From assembly GCA_011525805.1 (NCBI GenBank), contig WYBR01000059.1, forward strand, positions 3,386 through 67,385: a DNA stretch of 64,000 bases, given 5' to 3'. The notes under the pieces are model-generated. The model saw only the letters and a program-made list of their open reading frames with translations, was not told the origin of the DNA and made no database searches. Made by a program: the position numbers and the translations under genes. This DNA is from Vicinamibacteraceae bacterium (lineage in GTDB: Bacteria; Planctomycetota; Phycisphaerae; Phycisphaerales; UBA5793). This document shows, in pieces, positions 36,621 through 46,960 of the stretch; positions within the stretch are counted from its first letter, which is position 1; each line of letters begins with the position of its first letter.

Positions 36621-36995
36621 ATGCGGCTGCTTCTCCTGGTCGTGGTGACGTGGGCGGTGCTGCTCATGGTCGGCCTGATGCTCAGCCGGAGTTTCGGCGT
36701 TGAGATGCCGTCGTGCCTCTTCCGCCGGATGACGGGCCAGCCCTGCGCCGCTTGCGGCGGGACGCGCGCCACCATCCTCCTCGCGCAGGGGCAGTTCGGC
36801 CAGGCCCTGCGGATGAACCCTCTCGTTGCAATCGCGTGGCTCGGCGTTCCGGGGATCGCGGCGTGGCTGCATCTGCGGCGCCGCGGGGGGGCTTCTCGAA
36901 TCACCCCGATCGCGGTGCGGCGCCTCTGGATCATCGCCGGGCTGCTCCTCGCCGCAAACTGGGCCTACCTTCTCCTGTGGGGCGTGGCCGTCTGA
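36621..36995 (+). CDS. DUF2752-like membrane protein
   Basis: In-frame ATG at 36621. CLFRRMTGQPCAACGGTRA motif between TM segments. Confidence 0.72.
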   Translation: MRLLLLVVVTWAVLLMVGLMLSRSFGVEMPSCLFRRMTGQPCAACGGTRATILLAQGQFGQALRMNPLVAIAWLGVPGIAAWLHLRRRGGASRITPIAVRRLWIIAGLLLAANWAYLLLWGVAV

Positions 36996-37054
36996 GCAGG
37001 GCAGGTCGAGCCCGCGGCAATCACCACGCCGAGGCTGGTCGGCCCACGGCCGGG

Positions 37055-38077
37055 CTACTTCCCTTCCAATTCGCCGCCGCCGCGCGCGGCGGCGGTGAGT
37101 TCCGCGAGCGATTCGGGTCCGGGCGTCATCGTCGCGGCCTGGGAGGCGCGGGCCCGGAGGACATCGATGCGCTCGCGCACTTCCTCGGCCATGCGCGTGT
37201 TGGGGAACTCGTCGATGATGGTCTCACCGATACGGACGGCGGTGGCCCAGTCGTGATCCTGGACGGCGAGTTTGAACTGAAGGCCGATGTTGGCGCGGGC
37301 CTTGTTGATCACGCCGCGCGCCACTTCCTGCAGCGGCGCCGCCTCGTCGGGGGTGAGAAAGACGTCGAGATCTTTGAGCAGTTGCATGGCTTGATCGACG
37401 TGCCCCGCCCCCGCGGCTTCGAGGAACTCGCGCTCCAGCGTCTTCTTGTGGCCCTCCCACGCCTTGCGCACCCGCTGCTCGAGGCCGCGCGTGCGGTGTG
37501 AGTCGGGGAAGAGACGCGCGATCCGCGCCGCCTCCGCGTACGCCGCCGCCCAGTCGCGCGAGTCGAGGACCATCTGGAAGTGATCGAGCGCTTCGGTGAT
37601 GCGGCGGTTCTGCCCGTCGGCCCGGCTGCGGTCGATGCGCGCCAGGAACTCCTCCGCCTCCTCGCGGTAGCCGAAGCGCTCGCGCATCTCGTTGACGAGG
37701 ACGGTGGCGGCCTGCCAGTCCTCGTTGGCGATGTCCTCTTCAATGGCGCGGGCGAGCATGGCCCGCTCGTCGCGACGGTAGGCGATGTGCTTGGCCGAGT
37801 CGGAGAGGAGCGTGTGCTCCTGGATGCGCTCGAGCAAATCCAGTTGCCGGCGGAGGAGGTCGCTCATCGCCGTCCGGTCGGCGCGCGAGCGGAGCAGGAC
37901 GAAGGTGAGCGGGACGAGGGCGGCGACGACGATGAAGGAGACGATGCCGCCGGCGAGCAGCGCGCCGCTGCCGCCCTGCGCCGCTTCCTGACGGCCCGCG
38001 ATCACAAGCCAGACGCTTGCGGCCAGCAGCAGAACGTGGACGGCGCCCACGAGCACGTTGGTGGTGGAATGTCGCAT
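37055..38077 (-). CDS. Membrane-anchored helical-repeat (TPR-like) protein
   Basis: ATG at 38077, preceded by GGAGGTGA. Two TM segments, then repeated D/NW..A helical pairs (EDWQAATVLV, RDWAAAYAEA, HDWATAVRIG). Confidence 0.7.
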   Translation of the reverse strand: MRHSTTNVLVGAVHVLLLAASVWLVIAGRQEAAQGGSGALLAGGIVSFIVVAALVPLTFVLLRSRADRTAMSDLLRRQLDLLERIQEHTLLSDSAKHIAYRRDERAMLARAIEEDIANEDWQAATVLVNEMRERFGYREEAEEFLARIDRSRADGQNRRITEALDHFQMVLDSRDWAAAYAEAARIARLFPDSHRTRGLEQRVRKAWEGHKKTLEREFLEAAGAGHVDQAMQLLKDLDVFLTPDEAAPLQEVARGVINKARANIGLQFKLAVQDHDWATAVRIGETIIDEFPNTRMAEEVRERIDVLRARASQAATMTPGPESLAELTAAARGGGELEGK

Positions 38078-38116
38078 GAAGTCACCTCCCGGAATCACGG
38101 CGCGGCGCCAGGCGCG

Positions 38117-38485
38117 TCAGGCGCCCGGCGTCGGCTGGCCGCAGTCAAACGTCGTCGGCACCATGCACAGGAACTGGAGCGGCTCGCCCCGGTCGGCGCG
38201 GAACTGGTGCTGAACATTGGGTTGGACGAAGAGCGAGTCCCCGGCCTTGACGGCGCGCGATTCGCCGCCGATCTCCGCCGTGCCGCGCCCGCCGACGACG
38301 TAGATGCCGTGCTCGTAGTTGTGCTGGTGGCGGGGCGTGTGCCCGCCCGTCTTGACGGTGAAGTGCCGCATCGCAAAGGTCGGGGCGCCGTCCGCCCGGC
38401 CCAGGAGCAGCCGCATCCCGACCTCTTCCGCGCCGGGCATCGTCACCGGCGCCTCGGGCATCTCGCTTACATTGCGGATCAGCAT
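38117..38485 (-). CDS. Cupin-domain protein
   Basis: 122 aa. GGHTPRHQHNYEHGIYVVGG ... GDSLFVQPNVQHQF cupin motifs. Confidence 0.8.
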   Translation of the reverse strand: MLIRNVSEMPEAPVTMPGAEEVGMRLLLGRADGAPTFAMRHFTVKTGGHTPRHQHNYEHGIYVVGGRGTAEIGGESRAVKAGDSLFVQPNVQHQFRADRGEPLQFLCMVPTTFDCGQPTPGA

Positions 38486-38581
38486 GGCCTGAACTCCCCT
38501 GCGTGGGCAGCGATCGACCTACTCTAGTTTACGATCCAACTCCTCGTGAGGGTGCAGGGAAGTTGCCCGGGAACGCGATTC

Positions 38582-39238
38582 ATGCCCCAGATTGACACGA
38601 CCGATCCGATTGTGAAATCCTGCACGCTCGGACCGTGGGAGACGAACTGCTATGTCGTCTCCCTTCCCGGACGGCCGGAGTGCTGGATCGTGGATGCGGG
38701 ATTTGACCCCGATCCTCTCATCGGCTGGGTTCGCCGGGCGGGGCTGCGCCCCGTGCGGATCATCCTGACCCACGCCCACCTCGACCACATCGCCGGCGTG
38801 CGCGAGGTGCTCGCGCAATTCGGCCCGATCCCGCTGGCCATCCACGAGGCCGAGGCGGACTTCCTTCTGGATCCCGACCTCAACCTTTCAACCTTCGTCG
38901 AGATGAACGTCACTACGCCTCCCGCGGATGAGTTGCTCAAGGACGGGCAGATGCTGGCGCTGGGCGAATCGCAGTGGCGGGTGCTGCACACGCCCGGCCA
39001 CAGCCCCGGCGGAATCACCCTTCACCACGCCCCCTCGAAGCAGGCAATCGTCGGCGACACCCTCTTCGCCGGCTCGATCGGCCGCTACGACTTCCCCACC
39101 AGCGACGGGCAGGCGCTGATGCGCTCCATTCGCGAGCGGCTCCTGACCCTGCCGGATGAGACGCGCATCTACCCCGGCCACGGACCCGAATCGACGATCG
39201 GCCGCGAACGCCGGACCAATCCATTCCTCAATGCTTAG
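38582..39238 (+). CDS. MBL-fold hydrolase, glyoxalase II-like
   Basis: ATG at 38582. THAHLDHIAG, HTPGHSPG, GDTLF, PGHG. Confidence 0.85.
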   Translation: MPQIDTTDPIVKSCTLGPWETNCYVVSLPGRPECWIVDAGFDPDPLIGWVRRAGLRPVRIILTHAHLDHIAGVREVLAQFGPIPLAIHEAEADFLLDPDLNLSTFVEMNVTTPPADELLKDGQMLALGESQWRVLHTPGHSPGGITLHHAPSKQAIVGDTLFAGSIGRYDFPTSDGQALMRSIRERLLTLPDETRIYPGHGPESTIGRERRTNPFLNA

Positions 39239-39277
39239 CCGCGACCCGGAGGCTCTGCGCAGGGGAGCGGACGTCCC
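39235..39277 (-). repeat. Intergenic repeat family 2, copy C (inverted)
   Basis: The reverse complement reads gggacgtccgctcccctgcgcagagcctccgggtcgcggctaa. The core matches copies A and B and overlaps the TAG stop of 38582..39238. Confidence 0.65.
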
Positions 39278-39421
39278 ACGGGAGGCGCCGCCGATCCCGC
39301 GCGAGACCCACGCCTGGGCATCACACCCGCATTTCACGCTCGTGCGTCAATTCCCCGTTGCAATCCGGCGCGACTTCGGGTACGCTGTCTCTTTGCCGCG
39401 CTCCTTGCGGCACCAGGAGGT

Positions 39422-41152
39422 GTGAAGATGCAGCGCTCTCTCCGCGCCCAGTCCGTGATCTTTGCGGCCACGGCCGGTCTTTCCGGTCCGGCGCTTCTCG
39501 CCCAGCACTGCGATCCGCCGGCGGATCTCATCCTCGCCGACCTCGCGGGCGAGCAGGTGCAGCCGAAAGCGGCGAGTGTCGTCGATGCGGCCGACTACGT
39601 CGCGTGGTTCGACAACGCCTCGGGCGGATACGACGTGCGCCTCCAGCGCCTCGATGCGCGCGGCAGTGAGACGTTCGCCCACAACGGTCTGCTCATCGCC
39701 GATCGCAACTTCTCCTCGACGCAGGACTACGGCCTGGTGACAGACGCCGCCGGCCACGCGCTGCTCGCCTTTCGCGATGACCGCTTCGGCGGGGTCCGCA
39801 TCACGACCCAGCGCATCGCGCCCGACGGCTCCATGCCGTGGGGTCCCGGCGGCGTGCAGTTCGCCAACGGGAGCGACTTCGTCGCCTCTCCCAAAATCGC
39901 CGCAACTTCCGACGGCCACGTCGTCGTCGCCTGGACCAACGAGAGCACCGTCCGCCTCCAGCGGCTCGACGCCTCGGGCAACGTCCTGTGGATGAGCGAC
40001 GTCGTCCTCTCCGACCCCAATGCCTCGCTTTCGCTGTGCGACCTCAAGCCGGCGCTCGACGGCGGAGTGATCGCGTCGTGGGTGCGCAGCGCCTCCTTCA
40101 ACAGCCCCAAACACCTCTACGCCCAGCGCCTTGACGCCAATGGCAACCTTCTCTGGGGCGCAAATCACGTTGCCGTCTTCGACGGCGGCTCGCTCCAGTT
40201 CGGCAATTTCCCGCCGATGGTCTCCGACGGTTCAGGCGGGGCGGTCTTCGCGTGGTACAGCACGAGCGGCTCGCTCCAGTGCTTCGTTCAGCGCCTCGAC
40301 GCCGACGGCAACGAGGTCTTCCCGCACAACGGCGTGCCCGTTTCCATCAATCCGCTGCAGGATCGCGTCTCACCCTCCGCCGCCTTCGATCCCAACACCG
40401 GTGAGACATACGTCTTCTGGATGGAGCAGCGCAACGCGCAGTCGGAGCGGGGCGTCTACGGCCAGCGGTTCGACGCCTCCGGCGCGCGGCAGTGGGGCGA
40501 CAACGGCGTGGTGATCCGGCCGGTGAGCCCCTCGACCGATTTCCGCTCGATCAACGCTGCTTTCACCGCGGGCGGCGCGATGGCGTCGTTCATCGAGAGC
40601 GCCGGGTTCGGCAATGACGCGGTGCGCGCCGCGGGGCTCAATCCCGCCGGCGATTTCACCTGGTCGCCCGCCGTCGTCGACGTCACGCCCGGCGGCGTCG
40701 AACGCGCGCGGCTCGTCAGCGCCGCCGGATCGGCAAACGGACGCATCACCCTCGCCTGGCAGCACGGCTCGACCGGCTCATCGGACCTCCACGCCCAGGC
40801 GATCCGCATCGGCACCGGCACGCTCGGATGGGCGCCGCTCGATCTGCTTCTCTCAGGCTCCTGCCCGGGCGCCGTGACGGTTACGGTGCGCGACTGCACG
40901 CCCGGCCGGCGCGTGGCGATCCTCCACGCCCGCGGCGCGGGCAGCCTGCGCATTCCCGACGGCAACCCCTGCGCCGGCACGCGATTGTGCCTCAACGCCA
41001 CCGCCCAGGTCGGCGCGATCCTCGACGCCGACCGTTCCGGATGGGTGCGCCTGACGCGCCAACTCCCCCCTGCCGCCTGCGCCGGCCGCGTGCTCATCCA
41101 GGCGATCGACGTGACGACGTGCGGCACGAGCCGGCCTGCGGCCACGCCGTGA
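39422..41152 (+). CDS. Secreted repeat (propeller-like) protein with C-terminal Cys domain
   Basis: Signal peptide ...SVIFAATAGLSGPALLAQ. About six ~55-aa repeats marked by QRLDA.G (RLQRLDARGSE, RLQRLDASGNV, AQRLDANGNL, VQRLDADGNE, GQRFDASGAR). Tail domain GSCPGAVTVTV.... Confidence 0.75.
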   Translation: MKMQRSLRAQSVIFAATAGLSGPALLAQHCDPPADLILADLAGEQVQPKAASVVDAADYVAWFDNASGGYDVRLQRLDARGSETFAHNGLLIADRNFSSTQDYGLVTDAAGHALLAFRDDRFGGVRITTQRIAPDGSMPWGPGGVQFANGSDFVASPKIAATSDGHVVVAWTNESTVRLQRLDASGNVLWMSDVVLSDPNASLSLCDLKPALDGGVIASWVRSASFNSPKHLYAQRLDANGNLLWGANHVAVFDGGSLQFGNFPPMVSDGSGGAVFAWYSTSGSLQCFVQRLDADGNEVFPHNGVPVSINPLQDRVSPSAAFDPNTGETYVFWMEQRNAQSERGVYGQRFDASGARQWGDNGVVIRPVSPSTDFRSINAAFTAGGAMASFIESAGFGNDAVRAAGLNPAGDFTWSPAVVDVTPGGVERARLVSAAGSANGRITLAWQHGSTGSSDLHAQAIRIGTGTLGWAPLDLLLSGSCPGAVTVTVRDCTPGRRVAILHARGAGSLRIPDGNPCAGTRLCLNATAQVGAILDADRSGWVRLTRQLPPAACAGRVLIQAIDVTTCGTSRPAATP

Positions 41153-41254
41153 GCGCCATGCGGCGCGGATCGATCGCGTCGCAACCCGGCTGAGGCGCCG
41201 GCGATGAGAAGTGTCCCGCGCCACCGGCCGGGCAGCGTCGGGTGGATCCTGCAT

Positions 41255-43399
41255 CTATGGCGAATCGTCCGCCTCCGGCGCCACGCCCTCCGGCAGGGCG
41301 TCGAGGAACTTGCGGCCGTAGAACTTCGTCACGATGCGCGAGTCGAGCACGACGAAGCGGCCCGTGTCCGTCGTCGAGCGGATGAGCCGGCCGAAGCCCT
41401 GCTTGAAGCGGATCACGGCGCGCGGCAGCGAATCTTCCATGAACGGGTTGCCGCCACGCGCCTTGATGCGCTCGAGACGCGCTTCGATGAGCGGGCGATC
41501 CGGCACGTCGAAGGGCAGACGCGTGATGATGACGTTGCGCAGGTTGCGGCCGCGCACGTCCACCCCCTGCCAGAAACTCGCGGTTCCCAGCAGCACGCTG
41601 CGCTCATCCTCGCGGAAGCGTTTGAGCAGCACGCCGCGCGGCCCGTCCTGGCCGTGAATGAGCAGGGGGAACTCCTCGACGCCCGTGCCGCGGCACTCGA
41701 GCAGCAGCCGGTCCGCGACGTGATTGAGCATCGCGAAACTCGTGAAGAGCACGAACGCGCCGCCGTCGGTGGCGCGCAGGTGATGAAGAACGCGCGGCAC
41801 GAGGCGGTCGATGTACGAGCCGTCGCCGGGGTCGGGCAGGTCGCGCTCGATGATCATCTTCACCTGCCGCGCGTAGTCGAAGGGGCTGCCGAGTTGCAGT
41901 TCCTCGGCGTCATCGCAGCCGAGGCGGCTGCGGAGGTGCGCGAAGTCGCCGCGGGCGGTGGTGAGGGTGGCGCTGGTGAGGATGATCGAGGGGCGCTTCT
42001 TTGTCGCATTGTCGCGAGGCGCCGGCGCGGGCGCTTCATCTTCATGATCCGCGTCGCTTCCATCTGAAGAACCGCTCTCCTGCCCCTCCCACGCTTGCGT
42101 CTTCGCCTCCCCGACCGCGCCGAACAGATGCCTACGAAGCACAGGCGCCACCTCGACGGGCGAGCACGAGAGACTGGCGCGGCGAAACGCGCGCCCACCG
42201 TCGCGGGCCCCCACCTCCACCCAGTAGACGCAACCATCAAGCGCCTGCTCCGTGAGCGCCTCGGCGTCGCCGGCGATCGCCGACGCCCGCGCCGCATAGG
42301 AATTAAGTTCGAACTTGTCCTCCTCGCGCTTCGCCAGTTCCTTGAGGCGGCGAAGGCGCAGCGCCAGTTCCGTCGCGATCGGCGTCAGGATGTTCTCGAC
42401 GAGGTTCGGCTCGTGTAGACGGATCGCCTGCCGGCTGCCGCGCTGGCGCTCGTAGTAATCGATCCACCGGTCGAAGAAGGCCCGCGCAGCGCTGCGGCAC
42501 CGGCTCACGGCGTTGAGCGTCTCGTTGATCGCCTCATCGTCGCCGGCGTCGAGTTCGAGCGAGGCGAGAAAGCCCCGCGGCCGCGTCTGCGCCCTGCTCC
42601 GCCGATCCGAGTAGAGCGCGTTGAGCAAGTGAACGATCCGCCCTTCGGTGAGCGACAGGCCGAAGTGCTCGCTTGCGACCTCTTCGATGTTGTGCGCTTC
42701 ATCGAAGATGACGTGGTCGTAGCGCGGCAGGAAGCCGACGCCCTCGCGCCGCAGCGCGAGATCGGAGAAGAACAGCGCGTGGTTGCACACGAGAATGTTC
42801 GCCGCCTCCATCCGCCGCCGCGCCGACTGGTAGAAGCACTTGCGGTACGTCGGGCAGCGCCGCCCCATGCAGTTGTCCGCGTCGGACTGCACGCGGTCCC
42901 AGATGTCCGGGCGGGCGAGTTGCGGCAGCGTCGCCAGCGAGCCGTCGCTCGTCTCATACGCCCAGTCCTCGATCATGTGCAGGTCATCAAGTTGCGCGCG
43001 GTCGGGGAAGAGGATCTTCTGCCGTTCGCTGGCGAGTTTGAGGCGGCGGAGCGAGATGTAGTTGCCGCGCCCCTTGACGAGCACGGCGGTGAACTCCTCC
43101 GGCAAAGCCGCCTGGAGAAGGGGAATGTCCTTCTCCATCAACTGTTCCTGGAGGCTGATGGTGTTGGTCGCGATGACGAGGCGCTCGCGATGATGCACGG
43201 CCCGTTGGATGGCGGGCAGGAGGTAGCCGAAACTCTTGCCCACGCCCGTGCCCGCCTCGACGAGAAGGCGGCCGCGAGAGGCCAGCGCGCGCTCGACGGC
43301 CCGGGCCATCTCCGTCTGCTGCGGCCGCGCCTCGAAGCCGGCGATCCGCCGCGCGATCGGCCCGTCGGGAGCGAGCAGCGTGGTGATGGCCTCGGACAT
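41255..43399 (-). CDS. dinG: DinG/XPD-family ATP-dependent DNA helicase with Fe-S cluster
   Basis: The ATG at 43399 gives MSEAITTLL. EAGTGVGKS Walker A, DEAHN box, Cys cluster DNCMGRRCPTYRKCFYQ...VCNH. Confidence 0.9.
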   Translation of the reverse strand: MSEAITTLLAPDGPIARRIAGFEARPQQTEMARAVERALASRGRLLVEAGTGVGKSFGYLLPAIQRAVHHRERLVIATNTISLQEQLMEKDIPLLQAALPEEFTAVLVKGRGNYISLRRLKLASERQKILFPDRAQLDDLHMIEDWAYETSDGSLATLPQLARPDIWDRVQSDADNCMGRRCPTYRKCFYQSARRRMEAANILVCNHALFFSDLALRREGVGFLPRYDHVIFDEAHNIEEVASEHFGLSLTEGRIVHLLNALYSDRRSRAQTRPRGFLASLELDAGDDEAINETLNAVSRCRSAARAFFDRWIDYYERQRGSRQAIRLHEPNLVENILTPIATELALRLRRLKELAKREEDKFELNSYAARASAIAGDAEALTEQALDGCVYWVEVGARDGGRAFRRASLSCSPVEVAPVLRRHLFGAVGEAKTQAWEGQESGSSDGSDADHEDEAPAPAPRDNATKKRPSIILTSATLTTARGDFAHLRSRLGCDDAEELQLGSPFDYARQVKMIIERDLPDPGDGSYIDRLVPRVLHHLRATDGGAFVLFTSFAMLNHVADRLLLECRGTGVEEFPLLIHGQDGPRGVLLKRFREDERSVLLGTASFWQGVDVRGRNLRNVIITRLPFDVPDRPLIEARLERIKARGGNPFMEDSLPRAVIRFKQGFGRLIRSTTDTGRFVVLDSRIVTKFYGRKFLDALPEGVAPEADDSP

Positions 43400-43584
43400 G
43401 GGAGGATTGTAAGTCAAGGTCGTGAACTCCGCCGAAGCGCCGGCGAGGACGCGAAGCGGGCAACGCTCCACCAGCCCGAAGCGCGAGCGCACCTTGTGAG
43501 AATCGACGGATCATCCCCGGCTCGGCGGCAGCGATCGCCGCATCGCTCCCCCACGTTCGTTGTTCACGCGGGTACACTCGTGGC

Positions 43585-44985
43585 ATGGCCGAGGCGCTGG
43601 CGATCGTGTTCGGGGTGCTCTTTGTGCTTGCGGCGGCGGCCGCGGCGTGGCTGCTCATCGGCCGGTCGCGGCTCGCGCTCGACGCCGCCCGGGCCGGGCA
43701 GGAGGCGGCGCACAGCCGCGAGGCGCTGGAGCGCGTCGAACTCGAGAAGCGGCAGGCCCTGGAGCGGGCCGACGACCTCGGCGTGCAACTCTCGCAGGCG
43801 AGCCAGCGCCTCGCCGCGCTCGAATCGCGGCGCGAGGCGGAGGAGCAGGCGCACCAGCAGCGCCTCGCCGATCTTCAGGCCGCCCGCCAGCAATTCGCCG
43901 ACACGTTCAAAGCCATTTCGGCGGACATTCTCAAGGAGCAGAACACCCGCGCCGCCGAGCACTTCGAGCAGCGCCGCCAGGCCATCGAGCAGATGGTCAG
44001 GCCCATGCGCGAATCGCTCGAGCGCTATGAGAAGACGCTGACGGCCATCGAGAAGGACCGGGCCGAGTCGCACTCGCGCCTCCACGCGCAGATCGAGCAC
44101 ATGAAGCAGACGGGCGAGACGCTGCGCCGCGAGACAAGCCAGTTGACGCTCGCGCTGAAGGGATCGGAGACGCGCGGGCGCTGGGGCGAGTTCCAGTTGC
44201 GCCGAATCGTCGAACTCGCGGGCATGACCGAGCACATCGATTATGTGCAGCAGCAGTCGCTGAGCACGGGCGACGGCGCGCGGCAGCGGCCGGACATGAT
44301 TGTCCATCTCCCAGAAGGCCGCCGTCTCGTCGTTGACGCCAAGGCGATCATCGATGCTTACCAGGATGCCGTCGCCGCCGACAGTGATGAGGCGCGACAC
44401 GCGGCCCTGCTGCGCCACGCCCGCCACGTGCGCGAGCAGGTCGTCGCGCTCGGCGCCAAAGCCTATTGGGAGCAGTTCGACCACACGCCCGATTTCGTCA
44501 TCATGTTTCTTCCCAGCGAGGCGCACCTGGCCGAAGCGGCGAAAATTGATCCCAACCTGCTTGAAGACGCGATCATTCGAAACGTCCTCATCGCCTCGCC
44601 CATGACGCTCATGGCCCTGCTTAAGAGCGTGGCCTACGGCTGGCGGCAGGAGGCCCTCGCCGACAACGCGCGCGCGATCATGAACCTCGGACGCGAGATG
44701 CACAACCGCCTGTGTACGCTGGCTGAACACGCCTTGCGCGCCGGCGACGGGCTTGACAAGGCCGTGCGCTCTTACAACGCCTTCGTCGGCTCGCTCGAGA
44801 GCCAGGCGCTGGTGCAGGCGAAGCGGTTTGAGTCGCTCGGGGTGAAGTCCGCGAAGGACGTTCCCGAAGCGGCGCTGATCGAGTCGCAGTCGCGGGCCTT
44901 CCGGCGCCTCACCGGCGAAGCGGAGGAGAGCGCGGGCGAGTCGAGCGCCTCGGCCGGCGCAGCAAAACGCGGCGACTGCGCGTGA
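43585..44985 (+). CDS. rmuC: DNA recombination protein RmuC
   Basis: N-terminal TM, long coiled coil, RGRWGEFQLRRIVELAGM and a PD-(D/E)xK-like region VVDAKA. Confidence 0.9.
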   Translation: MAEALAIVFGVLFVLAAAAAAWLLIGRSRLALDAARAGQEAAHSREALERVELEKRQALERADDLGVQLSQASQRLAALESRREAEEQAHQQRLADLQAARQQFADTFKAISADILKEQNTRAAEHFEQRRQAIEQMVRPMRESLERYEKTLTAIEKDRAESHSRLHAQIEHMKQTGETLRRETSQLTLALKGSETRGRWGEFQLRRIVELAGMTEHIDYVQQQSLSTGDGARQRPDMIVHLPEGRRLVVDAKAIIDAYQDAVAADSDEARHAALLRHARHVREQVVALGAKAYWEQFDHTPDFVIMFLPSEAHLAEAAKIDPNLLEDAIIRNVLIASPMTLMALLKSVAYGWRQEALADNARAIMNLGREMHNRLCTLAEHALRAGDGLDKAVRSYNAFVGSLESQALVQAKRFESLGVKSAKDVPEAALIESQSRAFRRLTGEAEESAGESSASAGAAKRGDCA

Positions 44986-45030
44986 GGCGCACGCGCAGCG
45001 CCGCGAGGTGAGTCGGCGATCCGGCGTCGC

Positions 45031-45501
45031 TCAGGCCGCGGTGTACAGCCCGCGATCGACCTTTCGGAACATCTTCGAGTTCTTGATGAGCGTCTGGTTG
45101 ACGATGGTGCGGAAGTTCGCGGCGTTGGTCTTGTAGCCGGCCTTCTGCACTGCCTTGGAGACTTCCGTCACGCCCATCGTCTTGCCGCGCAGGACGCCCT
45201 GAAGGGCCTCGGTGAGCGTCATGGTGTTCTGGGCGCGGGTCGCGGCGGCGCCGCGGTTCGAGCGGCGTCCCCTGCGGCCGGTCTTGCCGCGCTTCTTCTT
45301 ATTCTTCGATCCCGGCGGGCGCCCCGGGCCGCGCTTCACCACCACCGGCTCTCCGAACGCGTTCAATTCGGCGTCGAGGCTCGCGAGTTCCGCCGCCAGT
45401 TGCGCCCGGCGCGACTGAATCGCGCCGACGCGGCTGTGGCGGCGCTCGAGTTCCCGGCGAAGGTCCACGGTGGAAATCCTGCTCAGTTTTGGCTTGGCCA
45501 T
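45031..45501 (-). CDS. Coiled-coil / AT-hook-like / winged-helix DNA-binding protein
   Basis: The ATG at 45501 gives MAKPKLSR. Coiled coil RAQLAAELASLDAELNAF; basic tract KRGPGRPPGSKNKKKRGKTGRRGRR; C-terminal MTLTEALQGVLRGKTMGVTEVSKAVQKAGYKT...FRKVDRGLYT (HARE-HTH-like by eye). Confidence 0.7.
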   Translation of the reverse strand: MAKPKLSRISTVDLRRELERRHSRVGAIQSRRAQLAAELASLDAELNAFGEPVVVKRGPGRPPGSKNKKKRGKTGRRGRRSNRGAAATRAQNTMTLTEALQGVLRGKTMGVTEVSKAVQKAGYKTNAANFRTIVNQTLIKNSKMFRKVDRGLYTAA

Positions 45502-45744
45502 ATGCAACCTTGTCGATTGAGAAAGGGAAGATCACTGCCGCTGGCGACGCGACCACACATCAGCGTCCGGCAATGAAATGAAGAACGGCGAATCGATACA
45601 CCCCCCCCGTCGCGGTTCGGGCGCATGTTAGGTACCTGCGCGCTCCATGTCCAACATGACGCGCCGGAGGCCAGGTCGAGCGCCGCGGCGCTCTCTCGTC
45701 TTGCGATCGGCGGCGATCGTTTCGCGCGGCGGCGCGATGCGCGG

Positions 45745-46740
45745 CTAGCGCTCGGCGTGTCGAATGAACGCCTCGAATTCATCGAGGTTCGCGAAGGTGA
45801 GAATCACCTGGCCGGACGTGCGCGAGGCCCCCTGCCGAATCCGCGCCGGCAGGCGCAGCGCGCGCGAGAGGCGCTCTTCGAGCGCTGTAATATGTTCGGG
45901 TGTCGTACGGCCAGTGCGAGGCGCCGCCGAGTGAGTCTGATCCGACGAGATCAGCGACTCCACTTCGCGCTCGAGGCGCCGGACCGACCACCCGTGCCGG
46001 ACGACGGACCGTGCCATCGTTCGCCGCAGCGCCGCGTCGGGCAGCGCCAGCAGCGCCTTGGCGTGACCCTGGCTGAGGCGGCCGGCGCGCACCTCCCCTT
46101 TCGTCTCTGCATCCAGCGCGTTCAGGCGAATCGTGTTCGCCACGCTCGAACGATCCATCCCCACGCGCTCGGCAATCTGCGAGTGCGTCAGTCCGAATTC
46201 AGACATGAGCATCTGAAACGCTTCCGCGCGCTCGATCGGGTCGAGGTCTTCGCGCTGGAGGTTCTCGACGAGCGCCCATTCGGCCGCCCCGGCGTCGTCG
46301 AGGTCGCATTCGATCGCCGGAAGTTCTTTCAGGCCAGCCAGTTGCGCCGATCTCCACCGCCTCTCGCCTGCAATGATTTCAAAACCGGAGTTGGATTTAT
46401 TGGCCCGCACGAGGATCGGCTGCATCACCCCGGACTGGCGGATGGAGGCCGCGAGCGTTTCGAGGCGTGTGGCGTCGATCGCCTTTCGCGGCTGAAAGCG
46501 GTTCGGCTGGATCAGATCGACGGGGATGGAGCGGATACGCCCCCCCTGCTCGCCTCCACCAGGACGCGGCTTTGATCCAGTCGTTTCCACGGCCGGTTCG
46601 CGCATCGGGCCCTGCTCGCGCGAGGCAGGAGCCGGTGATCCGCTCGCCTGCGCCGCGATGCTCACGGGCTGGCTCATGAGGCTGGCCAGGCCGCGTCCAA
46701 GGCGGCGGCGCTGCTTGACGCTCGTGTTCGCTTCGACCAT
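45745..46740 (-). CDS. parB: Chromosome partitioning protein ParB/Spo0J
   Basis: RRLGRGLASLM N-terminus (ATG at 46740; the track ORF extends to 46794). IIAGERRWRSAQLAG box, HTH GLTHSQIAERVGMDRSSVANTIR. Confidence 0.9.
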   Translation of the reverse strand: MVEANTSVKQRRRLGRGLASLMSQPVSIAAQASGSPAPASREQGPMREPAVETTGSKPRPGGGEQGGRIRSIPVDLIQPNRFQPRKAIDATRLETLAASIRQSGVMQPILVRANKSNSGFEIIAGERRWRSAQLAGLKELPAIECDLDDAGAAEWALVENLQREDLDPIERAEAFQMLMSEFGLTHSQIAERVGMDRSSVANTIRLNALDAETKGEVRAGRLSQGHAKALLALPDAALRRTMARSVVRHGWSVRRLEREVESLISSDQTHSAAPRTGRTTPEHITALEERLSRALRLPARIRQGASRTSGQVILTFANLDEFEAFIRHAER

Positions 46741-46871
46741 CCCTGGTCCTTTCACACTTGTTTTCTCGAGGTGTTTGCCGCTGACTGTCGCCACTGCGGA
46801 GAACGCTAAGGGAGGATCCCGCGGAAGCGGCTCGTCGGGACGCTAGGGGCCGGATGGCCCCGAGGCAAGAT

Positions 46872-46885
46872 GTTCCACGTGGAAC
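46872..46885. promoter_or_regulatory. parS-like palindrome 1
   Basis: GTTCCACGTGGAAC is a perfect 14-bp palindrome. It differs from the canonical parS core GTTTCACGTGAAAC by one symmetric substitution per half-site. Confidence 0.7.
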
Positions 46886-46946
46886 GCCTGCAGATTCCCG
46901 CGAGATGAGGCGACCCGGATCGGCTGCGACGCGAGCCGGCACGCGC

Positions 46947-46960
46947 GTTCCACGTGGAAC
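46947..46960. promoter_or_regulatory. parS-like palindrome 2
   Basis: Identical GTTCCACGTGGAAC, starting 75 bp after copy 1. Both lie upstream of parB. Confidence 0.7.
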
